From positions 1 through 51,214 of the forward strand of contig CAIMMJ010000362.1 of assembly GCA_903842515.1 (NCBI GenBank): 51,214 bases of DNA. The letters are read 5' to 3'. Under the pieces are notes generated by a model that did no database searches, was not told the origin of the DNA, and worked only from the letters and a program-made list of their open reading frames with translations. The DNA comes from an uncultured Bacteroidota bacterium. GTDB taxonomy: Bacteria; Bacteroidota; Bacteroidia; UBA4408. Below are positions 37,515 to 46,427 of the stretch, one piece after another. Position numbers and translations under genes: made by a program. The stretch's first letter is position 1; each line of letters begins with the position of its first letter.

Positions 37515-40500
37515 ATGAAAATAAATAATTACTTAAAAAAAATCAAGCAATTTGTAGGTGCAACGTTATTGTTGCTTTCTACAGCATCAATTGCACAGCC
37601 ACCGCCTCCACCAGTGGAGTACTGTGTGCCAACTTACACTAACTTGTGTACAAGTAATGACTATGTAAATAATTTCTTTACAACAGGTGGTCAAACGAAT
37701 ATTTCTAATTTAGAATCTGGTTGCAACGGTCAAGCAAATAATTACATTTACTATGGTGGTCAACTTCTCACGGTTAATCCAGGTCAATCAGTGGATTTAA
37801 GTCTTCAAACTGGTTCCCCAACCTGGAATCAAGGTATTGCAGTTTGGATAGACTACAACCAAAACGGTACATTTGGTGATATTGCAAATGAACTAGTGTA
37901 TATTACACCCAATCTTGGAAATAGTTCTACTATTTTTACAGGTACTTTTGCTGTTCCACAAGATGCAAACTCGGGTTTAACAAGAATGAGAGTTCGTTGT
38001 AGATTTAATAGTTTAGTAATTAATCCTTGTGAAAATTATACTTTTGGTGAAACTGAAGATTACGACGTTGAAGTTCTCCCAGCATTGCCTTGTGTTGCTC
38101 CTCCAATTGCCGGAATTACAAATTCTTCCTCTACTTCACTTTGTTCTGGTTTGAACTTCAATTTAAGTTTAAGTGGAAATACATTTGGACTAGGAATGGT
38201 TTTTCAATGGCAATCTTCTTTAGATGGTGTAAACTTTACAGATATTGTTGGTGCAAACTCTACTACATTCGCAACATCTCAAACAGTTACTACTTATTAC
38301 CGTTGTTCTTTAACATGCTCAGGAGAAACAGTATTTTCTACCCCAGTAATGGTAACAAACGAAAACTGCTTTATCATGGGTGGAAATCCTGCTACAACTT
38401 GCTCTGGAGTATTTTATGACAATGGTGGATTAGGAAATTACACAAATAACACTAATCTAACTCAAACGTTTACTCCTTCTACCCCCGGCCAAATGCTGCA
38501 ATTTGATTTCACAAGTTTTGCTGTTGAAACTGGATTTGATGAATTAACTATTTTTAATGGTCCTGATGCTTTGTCTCCAGTTATTGGAGTTTATGATACT
38601 GGTAATCCTCCAGGAATTGTTGTTGCTTCTAATCCAACAGGAGAACTTACGTTCCAATTTACAACAGATAACTCGGTAACACCAGCAGGTTGGGAAGCCA
38701 CTATATCTTGTGTGCCTCCGGTAATTAATGATGCAGTTGTATTGTATGCTTACACTTTAGGTAAAGTTCCTCAAGGATTTGGAACTCCACATCAAGTTGT
38801 GGCATACGTAAAAAACAACAACAGTACTCTTAGTTTAACATTCCCAGTTACATTAACTGTTTCTGGCGCAAATGCTTTTACAAATACTCAAACAATTACA
38901 TTAGCTGCTCAAGAAGTTGGTTTTGTAACTTTTGATGGGTACACTGCTGCTTCAACTGGCTTACAGAATTTGAATATTAGTGTTGCAGCAGACGAAGATA
39001 ATTCAAACAATACAGTTGAAATAGACCAGGAAGTTTCAGTAAATGCATTTTCTTACAAATACCCATCCGTTTCAAATGAAGCTATTGGTGTAGGGTTCAA
39101 TGGTGCAACTGGCGACTTTGTTTCAAAATTTGTTACCAATCAACCAGGTAGCATTAACTCAGTTAAAGTTGATTTTACAGTAGCTGGTGCAGGATATCAA
39201 ATAGGTATTTGGGATGCAACAGGCTTAAATGGAACTCCAGGAACTTTGTTGTATAGTTCACCAAGTGCTACTACTAATATTGGTACAGACTTTATTACAA
39301 TAAATCCTCCAGTGCCAGTAAATGGAGCATTTTACGTTGGTGTAATTCAAACAACAAATACAAATGTTGGGTTTGCATACCAAATAGAAGATCCACTTAG
39401 AGCCGGTACATTTATGTATTCTACTCCAACAGGTTCAAATACTTGGTTAGATGTAAAAGACATTCCAGCAAGTTTCCGTTTTGCAATGGAAGTTGAAATG
39501 GCATTACCTATTCCTCCAAACTGTGCAGTTTATAGTTCACCGCTTGATGGTGCAACTGACCTTTGTTTAAATGAGGGTACAATTACATGGGCGAGTGGAG
39601 GTTTGGCACCAACATCTTATGATGTGTATTTTGGAACAGACCCAGCTTTAACAGGTGTTACACCAGTGAACGTTACTACTAATAATTACAACCCAGGTTT
39701 ATTATTGGCAAACACTACCTATTACTGGAGAATAGTTCCTTTAAATGAATTTGGTGCAGCCACAGGATGCTCAATTTCGTCTTTTACAACAGGAACTTGT
39801 TTAACTTATCTTCAATCAAATCAAACAGTTACGACTTGTTCAGGTAATTACTTTGATTCTGGTAATATAACTGGAAACTACTTAAATAACGAGAACTCCA
39901 CTTTAATTGTAACACCTTCTACTACAGGTGCTTTTGCTCAGGTGGATTTTACTTCTTTTGCTCTTGAAAATAATTTTGATTTCTTGAAAATATTTAATGG
40001 TGGTAGCGTTGCTTCTCCTCAAATTGGTCCCGCTGATGGTTATACAGGTGTAAATGGCCCAGGTATTGTTACCGCTTCAAACCCAACAGGACAACTTACA
40101 TTCCAATTTACTTCGGACGGAAGCATTAATGCCGCTGGTTGGGAAGCAGCTATTACTTGTATAACTACACCTCCCACATGTGCTACAATATCTTCACCTA
40201 TTGATGGTGCTACTGATATTTGTTTAAACTCAGGTGCCATAAACTGGGCTCCTGTTGGTGCAACCTTAGGTTATACAGTTTCTTTTGGAACTGACCCTAA
40301 TTTGGTTGGTGCTACCGTTACTACTGTGGATATTAATTCATTCTATCCAGGCACTTTGTTGCCAAACACTACTTATTACTACAGTGTGGTTCCTTTTAAT
40401 AATTTTGGTGCAGCAACTGGTTGTGGAATCCAAAGTTATACTACTGGTACTTGTAACACTTGTAACTATTCTATTGTGATGAGCGATGATTTTGGTGATG

Positions 40501-43500
40501 GATGGAATGGTGGAACTGTAAGTGTTTTTTCTAATGGAGTTGAAGTTGTAGGTAGTCCATTTACGTTGGCTAACGGCACGGGTCCTGAAACAATTGCTTT
40601 TCCTGTTACTGAAGGTGAAGAAATAACCACAACATTCACTGCTGGAGGATTTGCAGGTGAGGTTGGATACCAAATTTTAAATTCTTTTGGTCAAGTAGCC
40701 TTTCAAGATGGATTCCTTAACGGTGTTGTAGCATCTGCAGGACCAAACGTAGTTGGTAATGCATCTTGTTTGCCTGTAACTAATGATGCTGAAGTTGAAA
40801 TAGTTTACACATTAGGTAAATTACCAGTAGGTTTTGGAACTCCTCATACAGTTTCGGCTATAGTAAGAAATAACAATACATTTAACACTGCAACAATTCC
40901 AGTAACATTAAACGTTACAGGTGCAAATACATTTACATTAACGCAAAATGTTACAATAGTGGCCGGTGCAACTGCAACAGTTAATTTCCCTGGTTTTACA
41001 CCAACAGTTGTTGGAACAAACACAATTACTGTGTCAGTTCCTGCAGATCAAGAAACAAGTAATGATTCTCAATCTATTGAGCAATTAACAACTACAAATG
41101 TTTATACTTATAAATTGAACAATGTTGCAAATGAAGCTTTTGGAGTTGGCTTTAATGGAGGTACTGGTGATTTTGTTGCTAAATTCAATTCAAACGGTAC
41201 AAACCCTATAAACCAAGTAAATGTTGACTTCACAGGCGCTGGACAAGCTTATTCTTTAGGAATTTGGGATGCAACTGGTCCTGGCGGTGCTCCAGGTGCT
41301 CTGGTTTCTGAGGTAACAGGTTTAACATCTGCAATTGGTACTGCATTTATAACAGTGGATCCTCCTGTTACTGTAACAGGCGATTTTTATGTTGGTGTTA
41401 GACAAATTGGTACTGCAAACATTGCATTTGCGTACCAAAATGAAACACCAATAAGACCGCAGACATTCTATTACACTGCACCAACAGGTGGAACAACTTG
41501 GACAGATTTTGCTCCAGATAGTCCTTTTAGATTTGCTATAGAAGTTGAAATAGACCTTGGTGTTGCTCCAAACTGTGCTACTTATATTGCTCCTGCTGAT
41601 GCAGAAACTGGTATATGTTTAAATCAAGCAAATTTGTCTTGGGCTAGTGGTGGCTTAGCCCCAACATCTTATGATGTTTATGTTAGTACTGATCCTGCTT
41701 TTACAGCGGTAACACCAGTAAACACTACCAATCTTACATACAATCCAGGTACACTGTTACCAAATACCCAATATTACTGGAAAGTTGTTCCTTTGAATGA
41801 CAATGGAGCAGCATTAGGTTGTATTTCTCAAACATTTACTACGGGTGATTGCTTTGTCTACACTCAAACGGATGCTACAATTACAACTTGTACTGGTACT
41901 TATTATGATTCAGGAGGTGTAAACGCTAACTATTCTAATAATGAAAATTCTACTTTTACAATAAATCCTGCAACACCAGGCAATGTTATTCAAGTGATAT
42001 TTAATAGTTTTAATACGGAGAATAATTACGATGGTCTATTAATTTATGATGGACCAGATAATACTTGGCCTTTGATACCATCGGGCTTACCTGCAGGATT
42101 TAATGCAGTTACATGCCCTGCTAATTCTTGGAGGGGTACTGGTAGTCCTGGAGTTGTAACTTCTTCTCACCCAAGCGGAAGTTTAACATTTGTATTTACT
42201 TCAGAGAATACTGTTAATCAAGCTGGTTGGGATGCAACAATTAATTGTGTAGATTTAACTGCGGCTCCAGGGTGTGTTACAAACGCGTTGCCTTTAGACG
42301 GAACAATTGAAGTTTCTGTAAATACCTCTATTTCTTGGACTCCTGGTCCGGGAAATTTACCAACAGGATATAATGTTTTCTTTGGAACGCAAGGTAACTT
42401 AATTTTAGTTTCTCCAAACCAAACAGGAACTTCATATACACCAACAGGACCTTTAGCATTAAACACTGTTTACTGTTATCAAATAGTAGCCTTAAATGCC
42501 AACGGTGAAGCTACAGGTTGCCTAACAAATTGCTTTACAACAAATGAGTTTGCAGTTTATCAAATAAACGAAGGGCCAGAAATTATTGCTTGTACTGGAA
42601 CTTGGACTGATGCTGGTGGGCCAACGGCTAACTATTTAAACAATGAAAACTACACTCAAACAATAACACCTAGCACGCCAAATTCATTTATTCAAGTAAC
42701 CTTTAACTCATTTGCAACTGAACTAAATTATGACGGTTTATTAATCTATGATGGGCCAGACAATACATTCCCATTAATTCCTTCGGGATTACCTGCTGGT
42801 TTAAATGCAGTAACATGTCCTGCAAATTCTTGGTATGGAACAACTAGCCCAGGTGTGGTTACATCAACTCATCCAAGTGGAAGTTTAACATTTGCGTTTA
42901 GATCCGATATATCAGGAGCGCCTGCTGGTTGGAATGCTAATTTAGCTTGTGTGCCACAAGGAGACCCTTGTTTAGACCCTCTTACGATACAATACACAGG
43001 TAATACTGATGTTTGTGCGGGTACTTCTGTTACATTAACTTCTAGCACACCGCTAGGAAACTCTTGGTCTACAAATGGATCAGTTGAAAGTTCAATTACA
43101 TTAACTATTAATGCAACACAAACAATTACACTTACAAATACAATTTGTAATACTACTGCAAATATCACCTTTACATTATTAGACGCACCAATTGCAACCA
43201 TAACTTCTGATGGTGGAAACACAATTTGTACTGGTGGCTCAGTAAATTTATCTGCACTGAGTGGTCCTCCGGTTCCTCCAGGCACGTATACTTACTTATG
43301 GTCTAATGGTTCTACTTCACCTGTAATCTCCGTTTCTACTGTAGGATGCTACACGGTTACTGTAACAAATACAGCAACTGGATGTTCTGCAACTTCATTA
43401 GAATTCTGTGTAACCATAGGTCAAGGAATTCCTACTCCTACAGTAACTGGTACAAACACAATTTGTGTAGGCTCTACAACTACTTTAACATCTTCTGATG

Positions 43501-45044
43501 CTGGTGTTGGTGCTACTTACTTATGGTCTACTGGTGCAACTACATCTTCAATTGACGCAAATGCTGCAGGTTGTTATACAGTAACTACTTCTTTAAACGG
43601 TTGTTCTGCAACTTCACTAGAATTCTGTGTAACCATAGGTCAAGGAATTCCTACACCTACAATAACTGGTACAAATACAATTTGTGGAAGCTCTACAACT
43701 ACTTTAACGTCTTCTGATGCAGGTGTTGGTGCTACTTACTTATGGTCTACTGGTGCAACTACATCTTCAATTGACGCAAATGCTGCAGGTTGTTATACAG
43801 TAACTGCTTCATTTAACGGTTGTTCTGCTACTTCATTAGAATTCTGTGTGACACAAACTGCTGCTCCAACTGTTACTGCTGCTGGCGCAACTTCATTCTG
43901 CGAAGGTGGTTCTGTGATATTAACTGCTAGCTCAGGTGCTGACTCATATTCTTGGTCAGGTGGTTTAGGTACCACACAGTCTGTTACGGCAACAACTTCT
44001 GGTGATTACACTGTTACTGCTACTACAGGAAACTGTGTATTAACATCGGCTGCAGTTACTGTAACGGTAAATCCGGTTGTGGTTCCTGTGATTACAGCTT
44101 CGTCTTTAACTGTTTGTACAGGAAGTACAGTTACATTAACTTCTACAACTAACGTAAACAATGTAAACTATACTTGGAGTAACAACCAAAGTGGTGCTAA
44201 CTTAAGTTCAATACAAGTTACACAGGCTGGCGTATACACTGTTACTGTTACTACAAATGGTGGTTGCTCTGCAACTTCTGCAAGTGTTACAGTAAATTCA
44301 GGATCTTCATTTCAGCCAGGCATTACTGTTGGTGGAAATACAGTTATCTGCCAAGGTCAATCTGTAATTCTATTATCTAATAGTAATACTGATAACCAAT
44401 GGAATTTAAACGGTCTTCCTATTGCGGGTGCAATTTCACCAAGCCACAGTGCAACTACAACAGGTAATTATTCAGTTACAGTTTCTACTAACGGATGTAC
44501 CGGAACTTCTGTAAACATACCAGTGGTTGTTAATCCTTCTCCACTTGCTGTTGGTTCAGCTACAACCGACGTTAATGGATTGGTACAATTTACTAACAAC
44601 TCTACTAATTTCTTTGCAACACAGTGGAATTTTGGTGATGGAACTGCATTTAGCAATTCTACCAACCCAAGTCACTTATACACAGAAAATGGTGTTTATC
44701 AAGTAAGTTTAACTGTTTACAACGATTGTGGTTCTAACACAGTTACATTTAATGTAGAGGTTCTACAAACTGGTATAAAAGCTCTTAACAATGACCAATC
44801 ATTGAGTATTGCACCAAACCCAACTAAAGATCAAATATTAGTTGATTTTAACGATGCAAGCACTAAGAGTTTAAACATTAATATGGTTAATCTTGCAGGA
44901 CAAGTTATCTACAGCGAAAGCATCAATAACTTTAATGGTAAATTTAAACAAAACATTAGCTTAGGAAACTTTGCAAGTGGAGTTTACTTTATTCAAATGG
45001 TAACTGATTCAAAAGTTATTACAAGAAAAGTAATTAAAGATTAA
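37515..45044 (+). CDS. Giant (2509 aa) secreted mosaic surface protein with a T9SS type-A C-terminal sorting domain
   Basis: Signal peptide. GEVED-type N-terminal domain (FGETEDYDVEV, ~38047-38073). Four CUB-like modules (~38398-38712, 39838-40160, 41888-42250, 42590-42950). Four FN3-like modules (~39513-39795, 40175-40455, 41567-41850, 42265-42545). Two CARDB-like plus unknown ~260-aa modules (~38716-39510, 40770-41560). One DxxGDGWNG module (~40456-40700). About nine ~73-aa Cys-containing Ig-like repeats (42960-44540). PKD domain (WNFGDG...NPSH.Y...G.Y.V.LTV). C-terminus LSIAPNPTKDQILVDF...ASGVYFIQMVTDSKVITRKVIKD. Confidence 0.9.
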   Translation: MKINNYLKKIKQFVGATLLLLSTASIAQPPPPPVEYCVPTYTNLCTSNDYVNNFFTTGGQTNISNLESGCNGQANNYIYYGGQLLTVNPGQSVDLSLQTGSPTWNQGIAVWIDYNQNGTFGDIANELVYITPNLGNSSTIFTGTFAVPQDANSGLTRMRVRCRFNSLVINPCENYTFGETEDYDVEVLPALPCVAPPIAGITNSSSTSLCSGLNFNLSLSGNTFGLGMVFQWQSSLDGVNFTDIVGANSTTFATSQTVTTYYRCSLTCSGETVFSTPVMVTNENCFIMGGNPATTCSGVFYDNGGLGNYTNNTNLTQTFTPSTPGQMLQFDFTSFAVETGFDELTIFNGPDALSPVIGVYDTGNPPGIVVASNPTGELTFQFTTDNSVTPAGWEATISCVPPVINDAVVLYAYTLGKVPQGFGTPHQVVAYVKNNNSTLSLTFPVTLTVSGANAFTNTQTITLAAQEVGFVTFDGYTAASTGLQNLNISVAADEDNSNNTVEIDQEVSVNAFSYKYPSVSNEAIGVGFNGATGDFVSKFVTNQPGSINSVKVDFTVAGAGYQIGIWDATGLNGTPGTLLYSSPSATTNIGTDFITINPPVPVNGAFYVGVIQTTNTNVGFAYQIEDPLRAGTFMYSTPTGSNTWLDVKDIPASFRFAMEVEMALPIPPNCAVYSSPLDGATDLCLNEGTITWASGGLAPTSYDVYFGTDPALTGVTPVNVTTNNYNPGLLLANTTYYWRIVPLNEFGAATGCSISSFTTGTCLTYLQSNQTVTTCSGNYFDSGNITGNYLNNENSTLIVTPSTTGAFAQVDFTSFALENNFDFLKIFNGGSVASPQIGPADGYTGVNGPGIVTASNPTGQLTFQFTSDGSINAAGWEAAITCITTPPTCATISSPIDGATDICLNSGAINWAPVGATLGYTVSFGTDPNLVGATVTTVDINSFYPGTLLPNTTYYYSVVPFNNFGAATGCGIQSYTTGTCNTCNYSIVMSDDFGDGWNGGTVSVFSNGVEVVGSPFTLANGTGPETIAFPVTEGEEITTTFTAGGFAGEVGYQILNSFGQVAFQDGFLNGVVASAGPNVVGNASCLPVTNDAEVEIVYTLGKLPVGFGTPHTVSAIVRNNNTFNTATIPVTLNVTGANTFTLTQNVTIVAGATATVNFPGFTPTVVGTNTITVSVPADQETSNDSQSIEQLTTTNVYTYKLNNVANEAFGVGFNGGTGDFVAKFNSNGTNPINQVNVDFTGAGQAYSLGIWDATGPGGAPGALVSEVTGLTSAIGTAFITVDPPVTVTGDFYVGVRQIGTANIAFAYQNETPIRPQTFYYTAPTGGTTWTDFAPDSPFRFAIEVEIDLGVAPNCATYIAPADAETGICLNQANLSWASGGLAPTSYDVYVSTDPAFTAVTPVNTTNLTYNPGTLLPNTQYYWKVVPLNDNGAALGCISQTFTTGDCFVYTQTDATITTCTGTYYDSGGVNANYSNNENSTFTINPATPGNVIQVIFNSFNTENNYDGLLIYDGPDNTWPLIPSGLPAGFNAVTCPANSWRGTGSPGVVTSSHPSGSLTFVFTSENTVNQAGWDATINCVDLTAAPGCVTNALPLDGTIEVSVNTSISWTPGPGNLPTGYNVFFGTQGNLILVSPNQTGTSYTPTGPLALNTVYCYQIVALNANGEATGCLTNCFTTNEFAVYQINEGPEIIACTGTWTDAGGPTANYLNNENYTQTITPSTPNSFIQVTFNSFATELNYDGLLIYDGPDNTFPLIPSGLPAGLNAVTCPANSWYGTTSPGVVTSTHPSGSLTFAFRSDISGAPAGWNANLACVPQGDPCLDPLTIQYTGNTDVCAGTSVTLTSSTPLGNSWSTNGSVESSITLTINATQTITLTNTICNTTANITFTLLDAPIATITSDGGNTICTGGSVNLSALSGPPVPPGTYTYLWSNGSTSPVISVSTVGCYTVTVTNTATGCSATSLEFCVTIGQGIPTPTVTGTNTICVGSTTTLTSSDAGVGATYLWSTGATTSSIDANAAGCYTVTTSLNGCSATSLEFCVTIGQGIPTPTITGTNTICGSSTTTLTSSDAGVGATYLWSTGATTSSIDANAAGCYTVTASFNGCSATSLEFCVTQTAAPTVTAAGATSFCEGGSVILTASSGADSYSWSGGLGTTQSVTATTSGDYTVTATTGNCVLTSAAVTVTVNPVVVPVITASSLTVCTGSTVTLTSTTNVNNVNYTWSNNQSGANLSSIQVTQAGVYTVTVTTNGGCSATSASVTVNSGSSFQPGITVGGNTVICQGQSVILLSNSNTDNQWNLNGLPIAGAISPSHSATTTGNYSVTVSTNGCTGTSVNIPVVVNPSPLAVGSATTDVNGLVQFTNNSTNFFATQWNFGDGTAFSNSTNPSHLYTENGVYQVSLTVYNDCGSNTVTFNVEVLQTGIKALNNDQSLSIAPNPTKDQILVDFNDASTKSLNINMVNLAGQVIYSESINNFNGKFKQNISLGNFASGVYFIQMVTDSKVITRKVIKD
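43383..43850 (+). repeat. Near-perfect 219-bp (73-codon) in-frame tandem duplication inside the giant gene: 2 full copies plus ~30 bp of a third
   Basis: TGTTCTGC(A/T)ACTTCA restarts at 43383, 43602 and 43821. By hand alignment the two full copies differ at about 11 of 219 positions and share an uninterrupted 84-nt identical block (ggtgttggtgctacttactt...tatacagtaact). Confidence 0.9.
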
Positions 45045-45067
45045 TACACTTTAAATTTATAAGGAAA

Positions 45068-45099
45068 GGTCGGGAAGGTATTTCCCGACCTTTTTTTTT
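45068..45099 (+). terminator. Strong rho-independent terminator of the giant gene
   Basis: Stem GGTCGGGAA (45068-45076) / TTCCCGACC (45082-45090), loop GGTAT, then nine Ts (45091-45099). Confidence 0.85.
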
Positions 45100-45164
45100 C
45101 TCTAACTTTTCTTAACCGCCTTTTAGATAAAATATATATGTAATTGTTTAATTTAGCACTTTAT

Positions 45165-46421
45165 ATGAAAGGTATTTTTATTTTTATTTCATTTGTTTTT
45201 TGCTGCAATTATTCAAATGCAACCAAGATTCTAATCCCAATGGATTTGGAGCAAAATAATCATTTAAAGTCCTATGGTATTGCTTATTGGACTCTAAAGC
45301 AGGGATTAGAAATTGAATGGCTTTTAAATTATAGAGGAGGCAGTTTTATTATTCCTTTTGATAAAACTATTGAGTCGGAATGTAAAATAAGAGGTGTTTC
45401 TTTTCAAGTAATTGCAACAGCCCAATACAGTTCAATTGTAGAAGAAATAGCTAACCCCGAAGTGAATATGGATTTGGTGAAATTAGAAAAGGCACCCAAG
45501 GTGGCAGTTTATTCGCCAAAAACAAAACAACCATGGGATGATGCCGTTACGATGGTGCTCACCTACGCCGAAATCCCTTACGAAGTAGTTTATGACGAAG
45601 AAATTTTAAGCGGAAAGCTTCCACTATACGATTGGTTGCATTTGCACCACGAAGACTTCACCGGCCAATATGGAAAATTTTATGCCATGTATAGAAATGC
45701 TCCATGGTATTTAGAAGAACAACGATCTTCGGAGGAAATGGCAAAAAAATGGGGTTTTAATAAAGTTAGCCAGGAAAAATTAGCAGTTGCTAATAAAATA
45801 AAGGAATTTACTTTAGGTGGTGGTTTTTTATTTGCAATGTGTTCTGCAACCGATAGCTATGACATTGCATTGTCTGCAGCGGGTGTTGATATTTGTGAAA
45901 GTATGTTTGATGGAGATTCATCTGACCCTAACCAAAATAATAAGCTAGATTACTCTAAAACTTTTGCATTTAAAGATTACAAGCTCGAAACTAATCCAAT
46001 GATATACGAGTATTCCAACATAGACATTCCTGTTCCAAGAAGAGTACCTCAACAAAATGATTTATTTGTGTTGTTCGATTTTTCTGCAAAATGGGATCCA
46101 GTTCCTTCTATGCTTTGCCAAAACCACGAGCAGGTTCTAAAAGGTTTTATGGGGCAAACAACAGCATTTAGAAAAGAGTACATAAAGCCAGGAGTATTAA
46201 TTATGGGCGACAATAAAAGTTTAAACGAAGCAAGATATATACATGGCGAAATGGGTAAAGGTATGTGGACATTTTATAGTGGTCACGATCCCGAAGATTA
46301 TCAACATTTGGTAGGTGATCCACCCACGGATTTAAACTTGCATCCCAATTCTCCCGGTTATAGATTAATTTTAAATAACATTTTATTTCCTGCTGCAAAA
46401 AAGAAAAAGCAAAAAACATAA
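45165..46421 (+). CDS. Secreted protein of unknown function with a class-I glutamine-amidotransferase-like (GATase1/DJ-1/ThuA-like) core
   Basis: I start it at ATG 45165 (MKGIFIFISFVFCCNYSNA signal peptide). Flavodoxin-like strand KVAVYSPK, LHLHHEDF, a nucleophile-elbow-like GGGFLFAMCSATDSYD, and a later FYSGHDPEDY (possible His/acid pair). The functional assignment is inference only. Confidence 0.55.
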   Translation: MKGIFIFISFVFCCNYSNATKILIPMDLEQNNHLKSYGIAYWTLKQGLEIEWLLNYRGGSFIIPFDKTIESECKIRGVSFQVIATAQYSSIVEEIANPEVNMDLVKLEKAPKVAVYSPKTKQPWDDAVTMVLTYAEIPYEVVYDEEILSGKLPLYDWLHLHHEDFTGQYGKFYAMYRNAPWYLEEQRSSEEMAKKWGFNKVSQEKLAVANKIKEFTLGGGFLFAMCSATDSYDIALSAAGVDICESMFDGDSSDPNQNNKLDYSKTFAFKDYKLETNPMIYEYSNIDIPVPRRVPQQNDLFVLFDFSAKWDPVPSMLCQNHEQVLKGFMGQTTAFRKEYIKPGVLIMGDNKSLNEARYIHGEMGKGMWTFYSGHDPEDYQHLVGDPPTDLNLHPNSPGYRLILNNILFPAAKKKKQKT

Positions 46422-46427
46422 GTGTAA

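Noticed and set aside
38090-44665. Alternative-frame and antisense ORFs within the giant gene (38090-38419, 40040-40240, 40285-40479, 40338-40673, 42218-42466, 42869-43285, 43793-43975, 44468-44665)
   Set aside because: All are embedded in one continuous 7.5-kb ORF with consistent domain architecture, and none has independent signals.
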